In this document: piece by piece, positions 50,824 through 63,767 of the stretch | How the letters are laid out: every line of letters begins with the position of its first letter | How positions within the stretch are numbered: position 1 is the stretch's first letter | From: Octopus bimaculoides | Taxonomy: Eukaryota | Assembly (NCBI RefSeq): GCF_001194135.2 | Contig: NC_068992.1 | Coordinates: 2,482,193-2,546,192, forward strand | Direction: 5' to 3' | Length of the DNA stretch: 64,000 nt | Translations under genes and position numbers: made by a program | The notes under the pieces: generated by a model | The model's database searches: none | Told to the model about the DNA's origin: nothing | Seen by the model: only the letters and a program-made list of their open reading frames with translations

Positions 50824-51545
50824 TATATATCAACAAACTCACGCATAGGCACATACATAAATATTCATGCCACAACCTACCATGTACATATACATGCACA
50901 CACACATACACATATACATACGTATATGTACATACATACATAGGTGAGCACAACTGTATAAACACAGAGATAGAAACACGACCATACAATAAATAATCAT
51001 TTACATATTCCCTTCTAACTCTGTAGGAATAATCATTAAATAGAAGACTTCCTAGTGTTCATACTTCTGATATCAAGGAAAGATATTTAATGAAATCTAA
51101 AGCCTGCAGGCATAAGGGTTTGAACAATGAGAAGTGGGAAATCTACTGAGTCAGGAGAGTGATTAACTCCCTTGCTTTGCCCTTTGGGTCATTTTTTTTT
51201 AAATGTTGGCTTTCATGAATGGTGATGGCAATGATGTTTGTAAGGAGTTCCTTGAGCAAAGATGGTGTTTGTCTGTTATGCATTCTTTGTTTCGTTGGTG
51301 AAAATATTACATCTAGTGATTGGCTGAAGAATTTGATATAACTGGAAAGGAAGAGGTTCAAATGCATTCAAAATTTTAGATATTTGACAACCTCTGCACA
51401 TATATATATATGTAGTCAGTTGTGGAGCACAACTGTCCGTACATAAACCTGAAGATTGTGTAATGCATGCAAGTACTAGTATATTTCAATATTCTAAAAT
51501 TGTAAATAATAAAGCATGAAAACCAGACTGTTGGAATTTCATTGA

Positions 51546-51587
<42 letters not shown>

Positions 51588-52010
51588 AGGGACGTTCTGC
51601 CTCAGTAAGCAAGGTAGGCAGTGCTTACCCTGAATAAAATAGATCTTTTTTTTGTGGCAAAGTTTGCACCTAATTCAATAGAAGTGTGACAATGACACTT
51701 GGTTTATATAACTATCATCAGATGTCAAGGCAAGAAGACCATAATGGGTTCACACACTCACTCACAAACACACACACAATACACACATATACATATTCTA
51801 CATTTATATATATATATGTCATTTTCTTTATGTACTTGTATATGAAAACAATGAAGTATTAAAATGAAAGATCACCGGTGAATATTTCGTACATATGTAT
51901 ATACATACACATGCAGACAGACAGACAGATAGATAAATAGATATTGTTTTATTTGTTTCGGTTATTTAACTGTGGCAATGCTGGAGCACTATATACATAT
52001 ATATGGGTGT

Positions 52011-52056
<46 letters not shown>

Positions 52057-52256
52057 GGGAGAATATACAAATAATAACAACAGACGAGGACAGGTGGTGT
52101 AAATAACAAAAGTATATATTAGTATGATGCTCTATATATATATATTTATTTATGTATATAATTTAAAGAAAAGAATCAAATTTGGATTTTTATCCTTAAT
52201 ATTATTATCATATATTTATGTATATATATGTATGTTTATATATATATATATATATA

Positions 52257-52356
52257 NNNNNNNNNNNNNNNNNNNNNNNNNNNNNNNNNNNNNNNNNNNN
52301 NNNNNNNNNNNNNNNNNNNNNNNNNNNNNNNNNNNNNNNNNNNNNNNNNNNNNNNN
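52257..52356. other. Assembly gap (N)
   Basis: N-run between (TA)n and (TG)n. Confidence 1.
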
Positions 52357-52395
<39 letters not shown>

Positions 52396-53113
52396 TATTT
52401 ATATGTATATGGATAGATATATATTTATTCATGCATATATATGTGTGTGTGTTCGTCATGCATCTGTATTAAAATTTCTTTTTATGTTAAGTTATATATA
52501 AAATCAATTGAACATTAATTTGAAGGATCACTCACTATTTTCCAGCCGTGTTCCATATTTAATTACATGGAGAAGGAAAAGTTTGGCAGTGACTTTGATG
52601 GTTCTGCTTGCTTATTATCATCAAACTGTCACCTAGTTTGGTTTTACCTGCTTTATATAGCGTTTTATTTGAGGAAAGGTGTTTATATGTATATCATGTA
52701 TAGAGGGAATGAGTTTGTAGAAAGAAAAAAAGACTTGGTTGTAGAAGAGGAGGGAGAAGGAGAAGTGGTAAATATACATTTGTAGGTAAGAGTGGAAAGG
52801 AAAGGATGGGAATAACAATTTTTCTGGTTCGACAAAAATAATGTTGTAAATAGTCAACAGCTTTTAACCAAGTTGGTTATATTTGTCGTGAGAAATTGTG
52901 GCTTCATTATATGTTATTGTCTGTGGTTAGAAGAGTGTTATATAACAGTATTGCTCGTTAGATTTGTATAAGAGCACATTTGACAAATTATTATTATCAT
53001 CATTGTTATTATTATCATTATTATTATTATTATTATTATTATTAAAGCAAAAAGAATCTAGTGTGCCTTCCACAGATTCAATAAATAAACTTGTCAATCT
53101 ACTTCATTTTTGG

Positions 53114-53298
53114 TAATATTTTATAGGATTGAGGTAACTCTTCCAGTAGGTATACAGAAGCAAGGTATACATCTGTAGAAGGTACACGACTGCTGAAATA
53201 TTGTTCACTTGATAACAATCGTACTCTTCTTTCTTTTTTTTCTTTTTTTTACTTCTGTATACCTTCTGGAGGAGTTACTTCAATCCTATAAAATATTA
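53114..53298. mobile_element. MITE, 185 bp, with 47-bp TIRs
   Basis: 53114-53160 vs 53252-53298 match at 44/47 as reverse complements. Confidence 0.85.
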
Positions 53299-53394
53299 TT
53301 ATCATTATTATTATTATTATTAGTTCGTCCATTCAAGGTTGTGAGCTGACAGAATCGTTAGCATGCTGGGAAAATTGACCCCAGGACTTATTCT

Positions 53395-53917
53395 AGTTTG
53401 TTCAAGAGCCTTTTAGGTTTGATGTAGTGATTTTCTTTTGCTTTTTTCCGACATATTGACCTTTCCTCATCATAATAAGTCTTATATCTTATGTCATCAT
53501 AGACAATATTTCTGACTGCTCCTTCTGACATATGGAGATCTTTTGCAGTTGACCTCATGGGCGTTCTGGGATTATACTCAATGGTCTGTTGAACTTGCTG
53601 GATAAATTGAAGTGTTCTGATTATTTCAGAGCATTTAGAATGCTTTTTATGCTTTGATACAGGTGATACGTTTCCATCTTCAGTCTCCAGCTCCCTACAA
53701 ACTTTGTAGACAAAAAATCTGGCAACTTTTAAAAATCGAGATATTTCTGAACCACTATTCTCAACCTTTATATCCACAATAACAGCATGTCTCTTCATTT
53801 CTTGAGTAAGCTGAGGATCTGCCATTATCATTCTCTGAAACAAAGATTATACCGAGTTAGCAAAAAATGTAGCAATAACCCAGAAAAGGTATGTCCTCAA
53901 ATAACTTACGCACCCTG
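53395..53917 (-). mobile_element. maT/DD37D transposon 5' end (TIR + transposase N-terminal HTH region)
   Basis: TA|CAGGGTGCGTAAGTTATTTGAGG terminus at 53917. ORF reads MADPQLTQEMKRHAVIV...NPRTPMRSTAKDLHMSEGAVRNIVYDDIRYKTY; truncated at a SINE-C head (53335-53375). Confidence 0.8.
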
Positions 53918-53995
53918 TATATATAAATGTGTGTATGTATGTATGTATCTATGTATGTATGTATGTACACATGTTTGTATGTATATGTATATATA

Positions 53996-54200
53996 CAGAG
54001 TGGGCCAAAAGTCACGCACAAAATAAGCTCAATATGGTCTGAAATTGTCAAAAACAATTTAACTTTCCTAAGATTGAATAAAATAAATAAAATAATGATG
54101 AATACACTTGTATTTTACATGATGAACAAAACAAATAATAATAATGTAATATAAATAAAATTTCAAATGTTTTGGTGCATGACTTTTAGCCAACCCTCTG
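53996..54200. mobile_element. Tc1/mariner-type MITE, 205 bp
   Basis: TA|CAGAGTGGGCCAAAAGTCACGCAC vs reverse complement of the right end CAGAGGGTTGGCTAAAAGTCATGCAC. Confidence 0.75.
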
Positions 54201-55246
54201 TGTGTGTGTGTGTGTGTGTGTACATACATATACACACAAACACATATATTCACACATACACACACACATGCTAAGGAATCTAAGAAGCATACTTACTCAC
54301 CATGGTTCATCATGATTAACCCTGGAAGGGTATTTTTTCACCAACAAATATTCAAAATGTTATGAATTATTCGAGACTGCAATGCAAGTCTTGGAGAGTG
54401 AAAGAACACACATAAGAAGGCTAAACTCTGGCCTCATGGCCTAACACCTGCTCATGGTGAAAACTAATATATGCAGCTATTTGATATCATTCTATTTTAA
54501 CCACCAGTGGCGTCAGCACATAAAAAGGAGAGAAAATGGTAATTTAACTACTTGATGAAATAAGTTCAAACCTGGAATCAGTGCTGGGGGTCAAATCAAT
54601 ATGGCAACCTAGAAACTTCTGAAGGTGGTGCTCTAGCATGGCCATAAAGCAATGACTGAAGCAAGTAAAAAAAAATTCCAAACTGTATGTAGTATCACAA
54701 AACATTTAACCACAAGCAAAAATAATTATTTTCCAGAAGGCCAAAGTATTTTGCTTCGTTTCTTGTTTTTTAACAGTTGGAAAGCTTTACAAATCACTAA
54801 TTTAATGTTCAAACAATCCGACAAACTTTCATCTATTATGGAAAAACATCAGCAAAACTATGTTTTCTTTGGAAGGTCATTTCTTCAAAAGATGTCCAAC
54901 ACCACTTAGTGACTGAATAACATCGTTATAACAAGAATTACTTTACAAAAGAAGGATAATTTAAAATGTGAATTTTTTTCTTTAGAAAAAAATAAATTGT
55001 ACTCGGTTAATGATTTCTATTGTTTTTCTGAATGTATTTTAAATTGTCAGAATTTATGGCTTGTATCTGTTATTTATGATTTTAAATATTTTCATAAGGA
55101 ATAGTTTTGGTCTTTTTGTCCCTTTAAGCTGTTTGAGTATTTTATTCTGCTTCTCCCCCTCTAACCTCATTATTAATATGTCTCTTATTGCATGCTTGCC
55201 AATCCAGCTCTCTAACTGCATTCTTTCCTTTTAAAAGAAAACATAC

Positions 55247-55364
55247 TTGTACACATGAATGCACATAAGAAGCTGCATGCCCAACAACAACAGTACAACA
55301 TGTCCTCATTTAGCAAAGCTGCCTTGGCTAGTTTCAAATTGGCTCCGTTTATTTTTCTGCGAAT
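55247..55364 (-). CDS. Candidate 118-nt exon (IRRKINGANLKLAKAALLNEDMLYCCCWACSFLCAFMCT+A)
   Basis: Acceptor GCTTTTTACAG, donor A|GTATGT; only one frame open; non-repetitive sequence; product unknown. Confidence 0.3.
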
Positions 55365-55507
55365 CTGTAAAAAGCTTACGATAAATTAGTGTTGACATTT
55401 ACATTAGTAATGTTAATATAATTGCAATGATAACAGCATACAACTAAATATGATTGCACCTATTGATCAAATATCTTACCCACTATACCTGTATCCTATA
55501 CAATATA

Positions 55508-55670
55508 GGTGCAGGAGTGGCTGTGTGGTAAGAAGCTTGCTTCCCAACGACATGGTTCCGGGTTCAGTCTCACTGTGTGGCACCTTGGGCAAGTATCTTC
55601 TACTATAGCCTCAGCCTGACCAAATCCTTCTGAGTGGATTTGGTAGGCGAAAACTGAATGAAGCCATTGT
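55508..55670 (+). mobile_element. SINE-A 5' half (its 3' half lies at 56011-56166)
   Basis: Family match. Confidence 0.9.
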
Positions 55671-55735
55671 ATAAATATATATATAGAGAGAGAGAGAGAG
55701 AGTTTTGAAGTGATGAACAGATATTGCATGTTTAC

Positions 55736-55902
55736 AATAATAAGGTAGTCAGAATGTTGGATGATTATATATATCCTTTTTTTTATTTATTCACATCATA
55801 TTTACATTTTTAGCGTTTTCTTCCGCTATCGGATTTATCAAAACTTTTTTGATAAATCCGATAACAGAAGAAAGCGCTAAAAATGTAAATAAGATGTAAA
55901 CA

Positions 55903-55957
<55 letters not shown>

Positions 55958-55985
55958 CTTCCAACGTTCTGACGACCTCATTATT
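55736..55985. mobile_element. Fully palindromic ~250-bp foldback element
   Basis: Inner arms 55800-55843/55847-55890 match at 41/44 with a 3-nt loop. Outer arms GGTAGTCAGAATGTTGGATGATTA / TAATCTTCCAACGTTCTGACGACC; (TA)n spacer. Confidence 0.85.
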
Positions 55986-56010
55986 CTAAATATATATGTG
56001 TGTGTATGTA

Positions 56011-56166
56011 TGTGTTTGTCCCCCCCCCCTATCATCACTTGACAACCGATAGAAGTCGATAGAATAAGTACTTGGCTTACAAAGAATAAGTCCTGCGGTC
56101 GATTCGTTCAACTGAAAGCAGTGCTCCAGCATGGCTGCAGTCAAATGACTGAAACAAGGAAAAGGA
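56011..56166 (+). mobile_element. SINE-A 3' half
   Basis: CTTGACAACCGAT...CAGCATGGCTGCAGTCAAATGACTGAAAC. Confidence 0.85.
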
Positions 56167-57009
56167 AAAAAAAATATCATATTCCACTCATATTACTAAA
56201 ATAGTTACTCAAAATGCATGTTGTTTGGGAAATGATAATTAATTCTTCATTAGGTGTATTGTCTTTAGAATAATGTAAGATATCATTGTAATGTCCTCTC
56301 CCATAATACAATAAGGCAATTTATAGCTCGTTTCCAATGCAAGGCATGTTACTTTATGCTCAGTTATGTGTTTACCAACTTCCAGTTAAAGCATTCGTCA
56401 TGTCTAGCAGAGCATCCATGGTGTTTGAAATCTAAAACTATCAGTTTAAGTTTGAGGAGAGTATTTTCAAGTCAGCAACACCAGGTTGAAATGAAAGACG
56501 TGACTGACACTTTTGAACATGTGAAACTCTTGAGAATTTTATGAGATTGGTTTATTAATTAATTGTAACTACAAAATACTGAAGAATTTTAAGTGTTACA
56601 GGACCGATTCTTCAGATGACAGTTGAGTATTTTATTTTACACTTCCGCCTAATATATTTAGGTAGTTCTCTCCTCATTTTATGAAACCTCAACTGGTAAC
56701 CTTCTAATCAGCAATCTCTACTCCTTTGAGAAGATCTGATATCTACACACATTTAAATTTCAGATGATTTAGTTTAATCTGTTAAGCATCCAGGATATTT
56801 ATCTTCTTACACTGATTTGTTCATTTCAATTGTAGAAATATATTATCTCATTAAGACCTTTATCCTACCTCAGTCACAAAACTGACACGCACTTATTACA
56901 GGCTTAAAGTATAGGCTTCAAGGTTTATCCCATATAATGCTATATATGAGGGGAAATCAAAACTTATCCACAATTTTGCCATAACATATCTTTATTATTG
57001 TCATCCTGC

Positions 57010-57301
57010 CTTCTGCACATGCATGCTTATAGTACTATTGTGGTCATGTGATCAAAGTTTGAGCCTGATTGTGCCATTCTTCTTTTTGATTTTACAGTGT
57101 AAGCATGGTGGCTCCACAAGCAATGTGCACGAAAGAAGAACAAAGAGCAGGGATCCAAGAGATGGTAACGGTGAACTGGTTCACCATTACCATCTTTCAA
57201 ACTTGCTGAATGTTTTCATCAGTGGTGGAGCTTCATGGGCATCCTGTTCACTCTTCATGCATCATGCTTGTCTGGCAACTTTTAAACTTCTCAGTCCACT
57301 C
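57010..57301. mobile_element. Rearranged mariner 5' fragment (plus-strand start, inverted downstream part)
   Basis: Plus strand from 57105: MVAPQAMCTKEEQRAGI. Minus strand 57301-57179: EWTEKFKSCQTSMMHEE*TGCP*SSTTDENIQQV, a mariner HTH region. Confidence 0.7.
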
Positions 57302-57311
57302 TTAGACACTT

Positions 57312-57394
57312 CTATGTGGTAGTGCAGTGTCCCCTCGGACTGACCAAAGCCTTGTGAGTGAATTTGGTAGATGGAAACTGAAAGAAGCCCATCA

Positions 57395-57428
<34 letters not shown>

Positions 57429-57617
57429 TTTATCCTCCCCACCTACACCACTTGACAACCAGTGTTGGTGTGTTTACGTCCCTGTAAATTAGCGGCTCTG
57501 CATAAGTGACCGATAAAATAAGGTCTAGAGTTGATACTTTCAACTGAGAATTCATCAAGGTGGTGCCCCAGCATGGCCACAGTCTAATGACTGGAACAAG
57601 CAAAAGAATAAAAGAGT
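57312..57617 (+). mobile_element. SINE-A, 5'-truncated
   Basis: Family match with (TG)n linker. Confidence 0.85.
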
Positions 57618-58590
57618 GAAAGAAAATAACTGGAATGAAATTTTGAGACAAACACAAAAAGATTCTTTTTATGAGTCAAAAGGAATTTCGTCTGCAGTCT
57701 TCTTGGAAACCTATTTTACAGTCACAAAGAGGTGATGCGTTTAGACATATTAATAAATGAGATGAAATAAAATAAACTGGGGTAGAAAAAAGGGTTAGGA
57801 GGAGGAGGGAAATGGCTGGAGAGAAAGGAGGAGAAGGAGGGGGAAAATTAAATAGGGGAGTCATTGGAGAGAGGGAGAAGAAACGAAAATATAAGAGAGC
57901 AGGAAATAAAAAGATTTGAAATTGTTGAAGATCATGTAATACACACACACACACACACACACACATATGTAGTCATACCAACATACACACACACATAGAT
58001 AGATATACAAACGTACACACACATATCCATATATGTGAATAGTATTTGAATGTACAAATATAAAAAAAAAACAGAAGAATGTACAAATAAAAAATATATA
58101 TACTGGAAAAGCATTGAAACACTGTGAAACCAAGCAAAGATATCTTGAAGAGCAGAATTGTAGGAATGAGGGATATGGTACTCAAACTAGTTTGGAAATA
58201 TTTGAAATTATATCATCTCAGGAAAATATTCAGTACATAAGCCAAATAGTTTAACTTAGAGATATTTACCAGGAAATGACTGAAAAATGATAAACTTCTT
58301 CAATGCCGGAAGATTGTAAACAAATAATAATGGTCCATAAAGATAACTGCTATGATCGAATATTTCAGTGAGATACTTCCAATGACTCAGGCATTAGGCA
58401 TTGCAGCAAGAATTTCAAATTATAAGAACTTAGCAATTTCTAACTCTGATTCAATGCATATGGTTCCAAGTATAAAATTAAGAATCTCTCACATCTCAAG
58501 GTTAAATTGTGAGAAGCATACATGGATGGGCCTTTATGCTCTGGGATTTCCTGTCATATTTTAAATGAGGCTGACAAGGAGATTCTTTCA

Positions 58591-58756
58591 GGCACAGGAG
58601 TGGCTGTTTGGTAAGTAGCTTGCTTACCAACCACATGGTTCCAGGTTCAGTCCCACGGTGTGGCACCTTGGGCAAGTGTCTTCTACTATAGCCTTGAGCC
58701 AACGTAAACCTTGTGAGTGGATTTGGTAGACAGAAACTGAAAGAAGCCCATCGTAT
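58591..58756 (+). mobile_element. SINE-A 5' half
   Basis: Family match. Confidence 0.9.
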
Positions 58757-58938
58757 CATCATCATCATCGTTGTTTTACGTCGGCTTTCCATGCTAACAT
58801 GAGTTGGACGATTTGACTGAGGATTGGCAAACCAGATGGCTGCACCAGGCTCCAGTCTGATCTGGTAAAGTTTCTACAGTTGGATGCCCTTCCTAACGCC
58901 AACTACTCCGAGAGTGTAGTGAGTGCTTTACGTGCCAC
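58757..58938 (-). mobile_element. RTE LINE 3' tail inserted at the SINE-A linker
   Basis: Matches 25066-25259. Confidence 0.85.
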
Positions 58939-59323
58939 AAATTTTTTTTTAAGCATTAATTATTCGTTAAACCAGACTGCAGTGAACAGAAAACAACTCA
59001 GTTTTTACACTTGTCCTTTATCCTGACAGTCTCTGCAAGGGTTAGTTGCTAAAATCCACACAATTACAGGTAGGCAGTGAAAAATCATTATTGTTATTGA
59101 AATGTATGTATTTCAATAATATTGAAATACATTATTGTTATTGATATGTATGTATACATACATGCATACATATATATGTGCATGTGTGTGACTGTATGAT
59201 GTTTATATATATATATATATATGTATATATACTCATACATACACAAATGTATACTGTAAATGCTTACACATTCTATGCTCTTTGATTTCAGGGTGTAAAT
59301 TGACTGACAAACTCCCATAAACA

Positions 59324-59324
<1 letters not shown>

Positions 59325-59400
<76 letters not shown>
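59325..59400. repeat. (TA)n microsatellite
   Basis: Pure run. Confidence 0.95.
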
Positions 59401-59401
<1 letters not shown>

Positions 59402-60226
59402 TGTGTATGTGTATGAACATATGCAGTTATCTACATATATGTATGTATATTTATGCATACACATATGTACACACACGTGCATGCATACATACATACACAC
59501 ACATGCCATAATTTTCCGTATAATGCACTTTGATTTGAGGGACTAAGTCATCTGAGAAAGCCACATAAACTTGTATAACCTCTATGTTGCACAACTTATT
59601 GTAAAAGTAGGTAATCTACTACAATGCAATATATCAAATATTTTCTTTATATTTCCTTTGATATAAAATTGTTATATTTTTTAAGCAAAATACCTCTAGT
59701 GTCTAGTAAATTATCTATAAATGATATTATATAAATAACAATAGACGCCTGGGTTAGTTTATTTATTTTCTCATACAATTACTACTAACATGCTGCAAAA
59801 CAGACTTTTGAGTTCTGTTTTTTTTTTTTTGTATCTTTCAAGTTAGAAATGATAAATAATTGTGTTGAACATGACATGAGAACAGATGCAAAATCCTTCT
59901 CTGTGAACGACTGTAACGTCAGACCAAGAAGTCAGACTCAAGCAAGGAGGACTTGGACTGAATTTATAGTTGAGTAAAAAGAAAATATATAAATATAAAG
60001 ACAAGATCGAAATAGAGATAGCTTTCCTATTTATTGAAGAGAATGTATTGAAATTTTTGTATAGAAAACGATGTCCTCGTTCTTGTATCAAGTAACAATA
60101 TTTTGTATCCATGCCAGGGCTATTTTTAAAAAGATTCATTTGGCTTCATCTACAATAAAGGAGTTCAAAGCAACATCGACATTTCCATGCTTACACAGGC
60201 CAGATGGAATTTGTTGAGTAAGATTT

Positions 60227-60280
<54 letters not shown>

Positions 60281-60489
60281 AACAATTTTTCTTCTACATT
60301 ATATTTCAGTTAGTTTGATCTTTGACATTGGTTGTGCTATTTTTGCATGGGTTTATAGTAACAGACTGAATTAAAGACATTTAGGTCAAACTGGTTAAAA
60401 TATACTGTAGATACAAACATTAAATCCCCAGTCACACAACGCATGCTCTTTAGGGCAATTAATAATTGTTTGCTAGACTGAGCCTTTCA

Positions 60490-60927
60490 CGCATGGCTGT
60501 GTGCTAAGAAGCTTGCTTCCCAACCACACAGATTTCAGGTTCAGACTCGCCATGTAACACCTTGGGCAAGTGCCATCTACTATAGCATTGGGCTAACCAA
60601 AGCCTTGTGAGTGGAATTGGTAGACAGAAACTGAAAGAAGCCCATCGTATATCATCATCAGCAGCATCATCAGTTAACGTCCATTGTCCATATGTGTGTG
60701 TGTGTGAATAGATTTGTGTGTCTATGTTTGTCGCACCACTATCACTTGATAACCGATGTTGGTGTGTTTATGTCCCCATAACTTAATGGTTCGGCAAAAG
60801 AGACTGATAGAACAGACACTAGGCTTACAATGAATAAATCCTGGGATCAATTTGTTTGACTAAAGGCAGTGCTCCAGCATGGCCACAGTCAAATGACTGA
60901 AGTAGAAGAATTAAAGAATACAAGAAT
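60490..60927 (+). mobile_element. SINE-A, full length, with an antisense RTE-tail fragment at 60651-60691
   Basis: Family match; linker carries ATCATCATCAGCAGCATCATCAGTTAACGTCCATTGTCCAT. Confidence 0.9.
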
Positions 60928-61254
60928 GATATATTAATACAAATAATTGTCAACTGGCAGACTGAACCTTTCAGATTTGTTTATCTACAGTAGGGGAAGT
61001 CATGGTTGTAAGGTTAAGGAGCACATTTCCCAAGCATCTGGTCTTCCAAGTAGCCCCATAGCATTATACATTTGTCAAGTGTCTTCAGATATAGCACCGG
61101 GCCAAACGAAGTGGCGTGAGTGGATTTAGTTAGCAAAATCTAGATGCCTATCATGTTTGTAGATAGAGAGAGAGAGACAGATGGATGAATGGACGGATGG
61201 ACAGAAAGACAGACACTTGGCCAGATAGACAGATACACAGACAAGTAGATAGAC

Positions 61255-61255
61255 A

Positions 61256-61308
<53 letters not shown>
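61255..61308. repeat. (CA)n microsatellite
   Basis: Pure run. Confidence 0.95.
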
Positions 61309-61309
<1 letters not shown>

Positions 61310-62015
61310 CATGCAGATATTAATGTATATACGTCTGCATACATATATACATACACGTATACTTATATACATACATTTGTGTGTGTGTGTTTTCTGCGTG
61401 TATGTGTATGATAGCAAGAGTATTCACACCAAAGATATCTTTCTTCTAACCAGAACACACATACACACAAACACACACAAACCACACACACACTCCAAAA
61501 TATCTTCAGCTCATCATCGATGCTTTTTTAGACATATTCCACTAAGTGACTCCACCAAAAATGGATACACTGGAACAGCCATTAGAGCTAATACTTCCTG
61601 TTTACCAAAGCTCATCAATGCTAGCTCTAACACGTGTCCCATATATTTGGAATCACCAAGAGTGCAATTTCCCAGAATACATCAACTGCTGACACTCATA
61701 TTGCCTACTTACATATCCAGTATTTATCATTCATGTATTTGTCTGTTGATTGGCATAACCTACGTCCTTGGTCTAACGTACGCTCACACATTTCCTGTTT
61801 GCAATTATCATTCCTGCGCTTATTTGTTGCTTGATTAATTAATTTATGTTTTGGTGATATGCTTTCACAGTCACTTAGTCAACTAAAACAAAAAAAAAAA
61901 AAGGAAATCCACTTCATCACCTGATGAATGCAAGAAAGCCAATCCTGGATAAGTTATTTGCAAAGACTTTGAATAAATCATTGTTTTGCTTACGCTGACA
62001 CATTACCTCTTTCTG

Positions 62016-62018
<3 letters not shown>

Positions 62019-62078
<60 letters not shown>
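62019..62078. repeat. (TA)n microsatellite
   Basis: Pure run. Confidence 0.95.
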
Positions 62079-62079
<1 letters not shown>

Positions 62080-63689
62080 AAGATAAAGGAGATAGGATTT
62101 GGATGAAAATTATTTATATAGTGCTTTCAACATAAGAGTGTTAAAAGGATAGCTTTTATCCAATTCCTCTATCCTTTTTCTTAATATATTGTATAAAATC
62201 TGTATACTACTTCATATTCATTGATACAAACACACACACACACACACACACATAGACACATACACACATATATACACACACACACACACCCGGATAGATA
62301 AATAGATAGATAGATATACACATATATACATATACATAAACATATATACACATACATATCCATATATATATGTACTTATATATATATATATATATATGCA
62401 CACATATATACACAGGCAAAGATGTATACATATGTATTTAGAGAGAGCACGAGTGATACTTATATACATACACATGGATGTATGGATATGTATATTAGTG
62501 TTTATACATGTATGTATCTACCAGTGATGCAATATCAGTGTTTATTTCTTATGTCATGATATACAACAGAACAGGCTAATAAATCTCAGCCAACACTTTA
62601 TATCCAAGTCAAACCGGCAATGATACATTGGACAGTTGTAAATGACAAATTTTATACAATCTCTGTGTATAAAGAAATCAGTACTCAGCTGGATTGATTC
62701 AAATTTTTATTGAGATTACATCAGCAAACAAACACTTGACACTAATTGCAGAGTGGGTCTGTATAAAGTGATCCTGTATGTATAGCCATTATCAAAGTGA
62801 CGTGCATAAATATTGCTAGTTTGCTACTAGTTTGGTTAGTGATTTACTGATGCGTTTTTGATGTGATACATATCAATAAATAAACCTATAGAATTTATCT
62901 GACACTACTTGTACAAACTATGCTTTATTAAATACTTTAAACAGTCATAGATATCTCTTCTCACACTTTCACTGTGAACAGTAAGTGGAGGATTTGCTGG
63001 ATTAGATGTAATCTCTATTTAGATTTAATCTACAACTGACTAACTGCCTCTAACTATTCTCAATAGTTATTGTAAATACAATCGCTATTATAATGAGGTT
63101 TATAAAATCAGATAAACGAATTTGCATAAATGATGAATCTTGGAAGCCGGTGTGGTTTATACAACTGACATATTAGCAATATTTGATATTAATGCTATCA
63201 TGGATTACAGAATAAACAAGATTCCAGTCAATAGTCATTGTGCAAATTTGACTTGATTAAATACACAGCATAATCATAAACAACTGTAGTTTTATACATT
63301 TCCACATTGATTGGATAAATGATCAGCTAGGATTGTTAAAATGTTCATTGACATTTTATCAGCAACTGAGTACCCATTAACTATCCACAGTCATACTTTA
63401 TACTCAGCTATTGTTAATAAGAACCATGTTTGAATGAATAAATTGATGCACATAAATATATTTTTGACAGCTAGTTCAATTAATATTAGTGAGTCATTTG
63501 GAGTATGCTACTATTAATTCCAGAAAAGGTCTATACGTTTCAGTCAGCCAGGCTTAGTACAATTTAAACACATGTACACATATATAATTGCACACATATC
63601 TTATACATATATATATAAGAATAAATACAAAATAAATATACAAATATATACATAAACACTCTTCTACTTATATATATACACACACACGC

Positions 63690-63727
<38 letters not shown>

Positions 63728-63729
63728 GC

Positions 63730-63767
<38 letters not shown>

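Noticed and set aside
51143-51340. Minus-strand ORF after a strong acceptor (YIKFFSQSLDVIFSPTKQ...)
   Set aside because: No homology recognised and only a weak internal donor; left as an unscored possibility.
54335-54445. ELFETAMQVLESERTHIRRL, resembling the start of a RhoGEF DH domain
   Set aside because: A stop follows within a few codons and there is no donor site.
61480-61880. Minus-strand segment with a strong acceptor at about 61880 and GTAAGT at about 61705; faint LINE RT-like ALMAVPVY
   Set aside because: All three frames have stops right after the acceptor; neither the exon nor the LINE reading is supportable.
61911-61945. CTGATGA motifs here, at about 9175 and at about 50025 as further hammerheads
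   Set aside because: None has a helix II closed by GAAA.
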